Shown here piece by piece: positions 1 through 5,946 of a stretch of 11,525 bases of DNA. Position 1 is the stretch's first letter. Each line of letters opens with the position of its first letter. Origin of the DNA: Candidatus Nanohalobium sp. (GTDB lineage Archaea; Nanohalarchaeota; Nanosalinia; Nanosalinales; Nanosalinaceae); NCBI GenBank assembly GCA_042217545.1, contig JBDGSM010000073.1:1-11525 (forward strand), given 5' to 3'. Both the position numbers and the translations under genes were made by a program. A model generated the notes under the pieces. That model did not search any database and had not been told where the DNA came from. It was given only the letters and a program-made list of their open reading frames with translations.

Positions 1-340
1 GCTCCTCGACATCCTCTACTTCGACGTAGGCCTCCACATGACCCTGGACCACGTGTCCTCCCATGCGATCCTCCGCTCTGAGAGCCTTCTCAAGGTTGAC
101 TTTCTGCCCCTGAGAGAGTTTTGAGAACCATGTCTTGTTCAGTGTTTCCTCCGCCAGGAAAAATTCTGCTCCGGACTCCGAGAGGCTTTCGATGGTGAGA
201 CAGGTGCCCGAAACGCTGATCGAGTCGCCTACCTGGTCGTCTTCAAAGAAGCTTCCGGCCTCTATCACTGCTCTGAGGCCTTCCCCTGCCTCGCTGAGTT
301 CTTTGATTTTCCCTGTCTTCTGTACAAGGCCTGTGAACAT
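1..340 (-). CDS. ribE: Riboflavin synthase, bacterial-type alpha chain (runs off the left edge of the window)
   Basis: Not in the ORF track. Manual minus-strand translation from ATG at 340: MFTGLVQKTGKIKELSEAGEGLRAVIEAGSFFEDDQVGDSISVSGTCLTIE...VNLEKALRAEDRMGGHVVQGHVE. The MFTG(L/I)V, GDSI.V.G.CLT, VNLE.AL and GGH.VQGH motifs are diagnostic. Symbol is ribE or ribC depending on nomenclature. Confidence 0.95.
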   Translation of the reverse strand, partial: MFTGLVQKTGKIKELSEAGEGLRAVIEAGSFFEDDQVGDSISVSGTCLTIESLSESGAEFFLAEETLNKTWFSKLSQGQKVNLEKALRAEDRMGGHVVQGHVEAYVEVEDVEE

Positions 341-423
341 ACTGGAATTTTTTCTTCTGAAATCTTTTATCTCTCTATCAGGGGGGTGTCGTTTTTTCAA
401 TACCGGAGTAGAAATAATTTGCC

Positions 424-1281
424 ATGGCAGATGATTTTGCGGGCAAGGCCTCGGATTTCTACATGGATCTGTTCACTCTGGAGTGGAAGAAACTTGTTTT
501 ACCAGTTCTCATGGTTTTACTGCTTTCAGCCAGTGCTTTCTCTACTCTGAGCCTGAGGAAGAATCCCGATATGAACAGGAGGCTGGATGCAAGCGTCCAG
601 ACAATGACAAATGTCTCCGTGGCGTTCCTGGAAACAGAATACTTCAATGACTCCATTAATTTGTCGCGCAGGGAGCTTACAAGACAGATAACCAGTAAAG
701 GGGACAGGATGGCAAAGGAAGCAACGCCGAGCCACTTCAGCCAGTTGGCTGCTGCAGGAAAGATTCAGAAGATAGGTATCTTCCCGTATGCTCCGGAGCT
801 GGACACTCCTGTCCCCGCCCCGAGGAAGAAGTTCTTTGCCTCGATCGCTGTGGTCGGCTACAGGCAGGAAAGCTTTTCCCGGCTCGGGAAACAGCTGAAC
901 TCATCAAGTAACATTTCTCTGAAGGAGTTCAACTCACGGGTCAGGGATATCATATCGGTCTCGTGGAAGGACAGCGAGGTAAAGGCCTATCTCAGGAACT
1001 ACAGCTCAAATACTTCGCCAGGCCGTGCCGGAGGCATAGACCTTCCGGAGAAGACGAGGCAGCAGATTATCGATGAGGATATTCCGGAGCTTGGCTTTTC
1101 CAGTTACATCCCTGCCCTTGTAGCAACATTCCTGCTGTACTACGTTGTGAACGCCGTTCTGGTTGAATCAGGTCGGAAAGCGATGGGAGGTATCAGAGAG
1201 ACCTCCGAACCTGGTTCAGGCGAGAGCGAAGACTCCGGAACTGGAGAGGAGGAATCCTCCGATGAACAGGAGAAGGCCTGA
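424..1281 (+). CDS. Hypothetical membrane protein, 285 aa (N-terminal TM, probable extracellular loop, C-terminal TM, acidic tail)
   Basis: Long ORF with hydrophobic segments LVLPVLMVLLLSASAF and YIPALVATFLLYYVVNAVLV. N-x-S/T sequons (NVS, NDS, NLS, NSS, NIS, NYS, NTS) lie between them, followed by an E/D/S-rich tail. No family recognised. Confidence 0.8.
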   Translation: MADDFAGKASDFYMDLFTLEWKKLVLPVLMVLLLSASAFSTLSLRKNPDMNRRLDASVQTMTNVSVAFLETEYFNDSINLSRRELTRQITSKGDRMAKEATPSHFSQLAAAGKIQKIGIFPYAPELDTPVPAPRKKFFASIAVVGYRQESFSRLGKQLNSSSNISLKEFNSRVRDIISVSWKDSEVKAYLRNYSSNTSPGRAGGIDLPEKTRQQIIDEDIPELGFSSYIPALVATFLLYYVVNAVLVESGRKAMGGIRETSEPGSGESEDSGTGEEESSDEQEKA

Positions 1282-1420
1282 TAGATAGGATGTCTCTGCG
1301 TCCTGTTGCCTCCAAATTTGATTATTGAGAGGTTTAAGCGGAGGGATAGAGTTCTGGCGTAGTTAAAGGGAGGCAAATCCCAGAAAACGGGATTTGCTGG
1401 AGGGAGAGTGTGGATGGAAT

Positions 1421-1429
1421 ATAAAAACA
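1421..1429 (-). terminator. T-rich terminator after the 5S rRNA
   Basis: TGTTTTTAT immediately 3' of the 5S on the minus strand. Confidence 0.45.
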
Positions 1430-1545
1430 GTCCGGCAACGTCCTGTGCATCCCGCCGTCAGGCAGTACGACACAGATCGATGGAGGACTTAACTTCCGTG
1501 TTCGGGATGGGTACGGGTGTTTCCCCTCCTCTTTGGTCGCCGGTA
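1430..1545 (-). rRNA. rrf: 5S rRNA, stand-alone
   Basis: Reverse complement of 1543-1432: CCGGCGACCAAAGAGGAGGGGAAACACCCGTACCCATCCCGAACACGGAAGTTAAGTCCTCCATCGATCTGTGTCGTACTGCCTGACGGCGGGATGCACAGGACGTTGCCGG. It contains the conserved CCCATCCCGAACACGGAAGTTAAG, helix I CCGGCGAC/GTTGCCGG and helix II GGAGG/CCTCC. Ends approximate. Confidence 0.95.
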
Positions 1546-1566
1546 ACCAGTAAACAATGTGTAACC

Positions 1567-1572
1567 TTTAAA
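1567..1572 (-). promoter_or_regulatory. TATA box of the 5S rRNA gene
   Basis: TTTAAA about 22-27 nt upstream of the 5S 5' end, which is archaeal spacing. Confidence 0.6.
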
Positions 1573-1640
1573 TACCTAAACCAGGTGCGGATTTGAGGCC
1601 TTTCGCAGGATATAAAATAAATCCTGTGGAAAAAGTATCT

Positions 1641-1892
1641 ATGGCAAACTTTGGAAGCAGTGGAGGTTTACGGGAGAAGATAGAGGGTTCGACTGTCGTC
1701 GACCTGATGACTGTTTTCGTGCTTGTATATGATTTCTTCCTTCTGAGGCAGGCAGGCCTTACAGCCTCTTTCAACAGTCCTTCTTCGCTGCTGACGATTT
1801 CAGGGGATGCTAATGTTATCGCTGCGCAGGCGACAGGCCTTTTGCTTGCGATCTACGTGGTAGAGGCTGTAATCGACAAGTCCTCTCACTGA
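1641..1892 (+). CDS. Small hypothetical membrane protein (83 aa, 2 TM)
   Basis: ATG at 1641 preferred over the TTG at 1593 because TATAAAAT at 1611-1618 sits at leaderless-promoter distance. Hydrophobic segments VVDLMTVFVLVYDFFLL and VIAAQATGLLLAIYVVEAVI. Confidence 0.65.
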   Translation: MANFGSSGGLREKIEGSTVVDLMTVFVLVYDFFLLRQAGLTASFNSPSSLLTISGDANVIAAQATGLLLAIYVVEAVIDKSSH

Positions 1893-2015
1893 TCAATAAC
1901 GGGAAATTCTTTGCTTGCAGTGGGTTGTATCCGTCTTCATGCAATAATGGGTGTTTATCTTCTCTTATCTTTTTTGAAAAATCTTCATGCTCCTTATTCA
2001 GGACAAAAAACAGTT

Positions 2016-2498
2016 CTAAAGAGTGCCAAGAAGCTCTTTAGCCCTTCCCTCCGGTATCCGAGAGGAAACAAGCTCATCCATATAGAATCCGCATCCGTAG
2101 ACCTTGCCCTCAAACTTCACAGCGACGTAGCCCTTACCGGAAGCGTTCCACGAGTTCTCATCACTTACTGAGGCCTCCGGGTCTTTTACTCCTTTTCTCT
2201 CGATCATTTCTCCGCTCAGAAGTGCTTTAAAATCCTTCCTGTCCACTTCAACAACGTTCCCGGAGATTCTATCCCCCATCAGCTGCAGGAAGTATGTGGT
2301 TGGCTTGAGCCCTATATCCATGAATCTTACTGCCCTGATTCCACAGGTCTCTGGTTCAAGACCGGTTTCCTGCGCTGATGATAGCCATACATCTCCAGAT
2401 ACTTCCCTGAACCCGAGGCCCGATATATTATCTATTTCGACCCCGAACCTTTGTCTAACGTACTTCCGGGCTTTCTCAGGTTTTCCTGAACTTTGCAA
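2016..2498 (-). CDS. RsmF C-terminal-like / NIP7-PUA-like RNA-binding partner of the adjacent methyltransferase
   Basis: GIR...LKPTTYFLQLMG...NVVEVD...LLSGE...GYVAVKFEG..YGCGFY pattern resembles the RsmF/YebU C-terminal PUA-like region and the small protein that follows RsmB/NOP genes in haloarchaea. The TTG start overlaps the methyltransferase 3' end, so the start is uncertain. Confidence 0.7.
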   Translation of the reverse strand: MQSSGKPEKARKYVRQRFGVEIDNISGLGFREVSGDVWLSSAQETGLEPETCGIRAVRFMDIGLKPTTYFLQLMGDRISGNVVEVDRKDFKALLSGEMIERKGVKDPEASVSDENSWNASGKGYVAVKFEGKVYGCGFYMDELVSSRIPEGRAKELLGTL

Positions 2499-3351
2499 CG
2501 AAGATCACCCCCGAGTTAAGATGATGAGGATATATGCGAACCGTTTTCCGCATCTCCTCACCGTAGATTTCTCCTTCAAACTTTTCCACACCTTCTGAAT
2601 GTGGAAATTCCGTGTCGATTTTCTCAAGTTCCAGGCCCTGTTCCAGCAGATGTCTCACTACGCCTTCATTTTCCTGCGGGTTAATCGTACATGTCGAGTA
2701 GACGAGAACGCCGTCCGGTTTCAGAAGATTCTTCGCCTTGTCAACCAGTTGTTTCTGGAGCTCTGAAAGGCCTTCTACCTCTTCTTCGCTAGCCGGCTCG
2801 AAATTACGATAGAATCGGTCTCCTTCACCGCTGCACGGCGCGTCCACAAGTACTCTATCATATTTCTCATCTTCAGGTATGGCTCTGCCATCATAGTTCG
2901 TCGCTGTTATGCATGCAGATCCTGTACGGTAGACGTTCGCATGCAGGCTTTTCATCCTCTGCGCTGAGTCATCGTTAGCGACCACAAGGCCTTTATTATT
3001 CATTTTTTCCGCGATCTGCGTGGCTTTTCCTCCAGGTGCTGCGCACATATCCAGGATTTTCTCTCCTGGCTGCGGATCAAGGATATGTGCCGGGAGGGAA
3101 GCAGATTCTTCCTGTACGTAGTACTCTCCTCTCCAGTGCATCGACGTTTTACCTGGCGTCTCAGTGCTTTTCAGCCTGTAGATCTTCCTGTTCCATGAGG
3201 CCTGTTCTACGTCTTCGAACCTCTCCTTTATCTGCTGGTCGAAGTTCTCTGAGGCCTTCAGGTCGTTTCTGCGTGCGGTATTGGTGGGATGGCTTTCTCT
3301 TTCCTTTTTGAAGGCCTGCCAGTCGTCTATTATCTCCCGGTATTTCTGCAT
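2476..3351 (-). CDS. RsmB/NOP2/NSUN-family RNA m5C methyltransferase
   Basis: Motifs YYVQEESAS, LDMCAAPGGK, VLVDAPCSGEG (motif IV Cys) and VYSTCTINPQENE (motif VI catalytic Cys). Confidence 0.95.
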   Translation of the reverse strand: MQKYREIIDDWQAFKKERESHPTNTARRNDLKASENFDQQIKERFEDVEQASWNRKIYRLKSTETPGKTSMHWRGEYYVQEESASLPAHILDPQPGEKILDMCAAPGGKATQIAEKMNNKGLVVANDDSAQRMKSLHANVYRTGSACITATNYDGRAIPEDEKYDRVLVDAPCSGEGDRFYRNFEPASEEEVEGLSELQKQLVDKAKNLLKPDGVLVYSTCTINPQENEGVVRHLLEQGLELEKIDTEFPHSEGVEKFEGEIYGEEMRKTVRIYPHHLNSGVIFVAKFRKT

Positions 3352-3464
3352 CGTCTATCTTTGTTTCTGGTTTAGTTACTGTTAAGACCCCTTTTCTTCC
3401 GTGGAATTTTAGCGTTTTTTCCTTAGATGGGTTTTTGAGTTTTGAAGTTTATCCTGTACTGTAT

Positions 3465-4193
3465 ATGGCCAGTGAGCTGCTTGAACGGGATGAGGAGGGA
3501 AACTACGTGAAGACCTACGGAGATACCTTGAACCCTCTGAGACAGCAGTACCGGCATCTGAGCTTTTCCGATCCTCTGCCTCCAGGTAAGGCGGAGAGAG
3601 TGATGAACGAGGTCAGGGCCGCGGATAATTTTACGGAGAAGTATATTCCTCACCCTGAAGTCCTTGATTACTCGATAGAGGACGGATCGGTCAAGCTGGA
3701 GAACGTCGGAGGCGCTGAGACGGTGAAGGAGTACCTTGAGTCAGCAGAGGAAGATGCCTCAGAGCTGGGCGAGATGATGGGGCGGCTTATAGCGGATATA
3801 CACGGCTTCGGATCCCACGGCGACCCAGAGTTGGATAACTTCCTTTACTGCCATGGAGACATACTATCCCTGGACCACGAGTTCTACAGCGAAGAAAAAA
3901 ATATTGAAGACATCAGAGGAGACCTGAGACTGATCGAATCCGACGCAAGAACCCTGAAAAAGGAGACCTATATCGAATTCATGAAGGCCTTTGAAGAAGC
4001 CTACAGGGAGGAAACGGAGTCAAGAGGCGATTTCCCTGTTGAAACCGATTTCACAACCGGGGAAAAGACTTTCCAGTTCATTGAAGGCCTGGCTCTTACG
4101 AAGAAACGCCAGGAAGATGTAGATATAGAAAATGTGCTTCAGAGATCCTACAATCTTTTCAGGAACACTGTGGACGACTCTAGAAATCCGTAA
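3465..4193 (+). CDS. Atypical protein-kinase-fold protein, Bud32/RIO/Kdo-like
   Basis: VKTY Lys, alphaC-like RVMNEVR, PHPEVLDY, IADIHGFGSHGDPELDNF catalytic loop, LSLDHE metal-binding Asp, and DLRLIE matching Bud32 DL.VL. ATG 3465 preferred over TTG 3435. Confidence 0.75.
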   Translation: MASELLERDEEGNYVKTYGDTLNPLRQQYRHLSFSDPLPPGKAERVMNEVRAADNFTEKYIPHPEVLDYSIEDGSVKLENVGGAETVKEYLESAEEDASELGEMMGRLIADIHGFGSHGDPELDNFLYCHGDILSLDHEFYSEEKNIEDIRGDLRLIESDARTLKKETYIEFMKAFEEAYREETESRGDFPVETDFTTGEKTFQFIEGLALTKKRQEDVDIENVLQRSYNLFRNTVDDSRNP

Positions 4194-4746
4194 ACTTTCT
4201 CTGACCAGACTCTTCTTTGCCAAAGGCCTTTCTGAGATCTTCTTCCAGTTCAGGGCCTTTACTGCGGTCGTAAAGCGTGGCCGCGGGATGGTAGACCGGC
4301 ATAATTTTCTGGCCTTCACGGGTGAATACCCGTCCGTGAATCTTCGAGATGCCCTGGCTTGTGTCGAGAACATGTTTCGAGGCGAAGTTGCCCAGCGTCA
4401 CGATCATATCCGGGTTAACCTCTTCCAGTTCTCTTTCAAGAAGTGGCGCCCAGGCCTCGATCTCTTCGCTTTTCGGATCCCGGTTGTCTGGGGGCCTTAC
4501 CTTCACAAGGTTGGTTATGTATATCTCGCTTCGGTCCACACCGATCTTGGATAGTATTTCGTTCATCCGTTCTCCTGCACGGCCTACAAACGGCTCCCCC
4601 TCTTCCACTTCGTTTGCTCCTGGCGCTTCACCTATGAAGACTACTTGAGCATCTTCAGGCCCTGTCGCTGGAACGAACCGTTCATCATTCATGTAGTTCG
4701 GATGTATGGTTTCGAAGAAATCCGAGTATTTCTCCCTGAAATCCAT
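4180..4746 (-). CDS. udg: Uracil-DNA glycosylase, family 4-like, lacking the Fe-S cysteines, with a C-terminal PIP-like motif
   Basis: GEAPG, GEPFVGRAG, ITNLVK.RPP.NRDP and YHPAA motifs. Ends in QRKFTDF, resembling an archaeal PCNA-interacting box. Overlaps the convergent kinase gene by 14 bp. Confidence 0.92.
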   Translation of the reverse strand: MDFREKYSDFFETIHPNYMNDERFVPATGPEDAQVVFIGEAPGANEVEEGEPFVGRAGERMNEILSKIGVDRSEIYITNLVKVRPPDNRDPKSEEIEAWAPLLERELEEVNPDMIVTLGNFASKHVLDTSQGISKIHGRVFTREGQKIMPVYHPAATLYDRSKGPELEEDLRKAFGKEESGQRKFTDF

Positions 4747-4782
4747 ACAGTTTTAACGGCGGCAAAGACTTTTTACAGTTTC

Positions 4783-5139
4783 TCAGAACAGATCCTCAAG
4801 CTCTTCTACGGCATCGTAGACAACATCTTCATCGACATCTTTGACTTCCCTGGATCCTTCACCGTAAACCTCGACCCTGAAATCCCTGTCGCTATTCCTG
4901 TGAACGTGGAAATCGCCTGGTTCCAAACCTGAGCCAGTTATCTGGTCGTAGGCTTCTTCAGCGGCATCCAAGTCAATCACTGTGTTCGGTTCCCCTGGGT
5001 ACTGGTTGCCAGAGTTAGCTATAGGGCCTTCGCCGTGCATAAATACGTCATCTCTCAGTACTTCGCCGGTCGCTACATCTACAGTATATCTTGGACCTGT
5101 GCTAAAATCCGTGAAGTACTCAACCTCAAAACCCTTCAT
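4783..5139 (-). CDS. Hypothetical acidic protein (118 aa)
   Basis: Strongly D/E-rich halophile-type composition. TTTATA box on the minus strand at about 5167-5172. No family recognised. Confidence 0.75.
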   Translation of the reverse strand: MKGFEVEYFTDFSTGPRYTVDVATGEVLRDDVFMHGEGPIANSGNQYPGEPNTVIDLDAAEEAYDQITGSGLEPGDFHVHRNSDRDFRVEVYGEGSREVKDVDEDVVYDAVEELEDLF

Positions 5140-5231
5140 CGTAACATATTTTTTTTACCAAAGAATTATAAAAACATTCTCGTATGTGTTTCTCCACTGT
5201 TTTTCCCCACCTGCAGAGGCCTATGAACCAT

Positions 5232-5480
5232 TCAGGAATAGATGCCTTCAGGTCGTATAATCGCTGCAAGAAGAGATAGAAGAAAGTTTACCGTCCGGAA
5301 GACCAACGCCAGGACCAGAAGGAAAAGAGTTATCAGCCGGGCCTGGAACCAGGCAAGCACTTTTTTGTCCGTGGAAGGCCTTCCAACCGAGGACCTCTCC
5401 CTCTTCTTTCCGCCGGATACCGTGTCTTCGTAAAGTATGAACCCTTTCTCCGTGTACCTGACCTCGGCCTTTCCAGACAT
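5232..5480 (-). CDS. Small hypothetical membrane protein (82 aa)
   Basis: Basic N-terminus followed by a long hydrophobic C-terminal stretch (LITLFLLVLALVFRTVNFLLSLLAAII). Co-oriented with its neighbours. Confidence 0.55.
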   Translation of the reverse strand: MSGKAEVRYTEKGFILYEDTVSGGKKRERSSVGRPSTDKKVLAWFQARLITLFLLVLALVFRTVNFLLSLLAAIIRPEGIYS

Positions 5481-5581
5481 ACAGGAAGATTACTTCCGAG
5501 ACCTACTTGAGCACTTTTACACAGCGAAAATCACTTGACAGGACAACAATACCTCTGAAGCAGATCGACAGTTCTAAAACC

Positions 5582-5600
5582 AAAAAAACACAGGAAAAAA
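5582..5600 (-). terminator. Oligo-T terminator of the tRNA-Tyr transcription unit
   Basis: TTTTTTCCTGTGTTTTTTT on the minus strand directly after the duplicated tRNA 3' end. No T-run follows the tRNA proper. Confidence 0.55.
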
Positions 5601-5622
5601 TCCCGACTCCAGGATTTGAACC
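5601..5622 (-). repeat. Exact 22-bp direct repeat of the tRNA-Tyr 3' end
   Basis: TCCCGACTCCAGGATTTGAACC at 5601-5622 is identical to 5677-5698. It is adjacent to the hairpin GAAGCTC-GCCTCCGG-GAGCTTC (5624-5645). Confidence 0.95.
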
Positions 5623-5676
5623 CGAAGCTCGCCTCCGGGAGCTTCTTACATCAAATGCTGGCGAGGGAACGAAGTT

Positions 5677-5750
5677 TCCCGACTCCAGGATTTGAACCTG
5701 GGACAAGCCGCTCTACAGGCGGCCGCTCTGCCAGCCTGAGCTAAGTCGGG
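5677..5750 (-). tRNA. tRNA-Tyr (GTA), intronless, CCA not encoded
   Basis: CCCGACTTAGCTCAGGCTGGCAGAGCGGCCGCCTGTAGAGCGGCTTGTCCCAGGTTCAAATCCTGGAGTCGGGA. Acceptor CCCGACT/AGTCGGG, D stem GCTC/GAGC, anticodon stem GCCGC/GCGGC with loop CTGTAGA, T arm CCAGG-TTCAAAT-CCTGG. C1:G72, A73 and a short variable loop are archaeal/eukaryal Tyr identity elements. Confidence 0.97.
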
Positions 5751-5797
5751 GTTGGTGATACGGGTTCTTAGCTCTTTGAGAAGCCTTCTGGCTTCGA

Positions 5798-5822
5798 CCT
5801 GAGCTAAGTTGGGGAGTGATAT
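5798..5822 (-). repeat. Imperfect direct repeat of the tRNA-Tyr 5' end plus leader
   Basis: CCTGAGCTAAGTTGGGG (5798-5814) matches CCTGAGCTAAGTCGGGG (5735-5751) at 16/17 positions, and both are followed within a few nt by GTGATA. Part of the nested hairpin CTTAGCTC-N5-GAAGCC-TTCT-GGCTTC-N5-GAGCTAAG (5767-5808). Confidence 0.85.
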
Positions 5823-5946
5823 GTAGTTGATCTGTCCGGGTTTTGAGGCCTTGAAGCAGGCCTTGTAACCGATATCCGTGGATGGGGTACGAAGATTTAA
5901 GAGGGTTACCGGAAGCTTGTGGAAGGTTTCTCCGGGGGAAAGAATG

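Noticed and set aside
135..434. 99-aa plus-strand ORF
   Set aside because: Antisense shadow of the riboflavin synthase gene.
1408..1596. 62-aa plus-strand ORF
   Set aside because: Antisense to the 5S rRNA, with no protein features.
5601..5676. Second tRNA or split-tRNA half in the 76-nt unit
   Set aside because: No matching acceptor 5' strand, D arm or anticodon arm. The outer fragments together lack an anticodon arm, and I see no bulge-helix-bulge motif.
5601..5698. Repeat-spacer-repeat resembling a mini CRISPR array
   Set aside because: Only two copies, the repeat is the tRNA 3' end, the spacer is 54 bp and there are no cas genes in the window.
5503..5706. ORFs 5503-5706(-) and 5507-5695(+)
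   Set aside because: They overlap the tRNA and its repeat; PGFEP and GSNPG are translations of the T arm.
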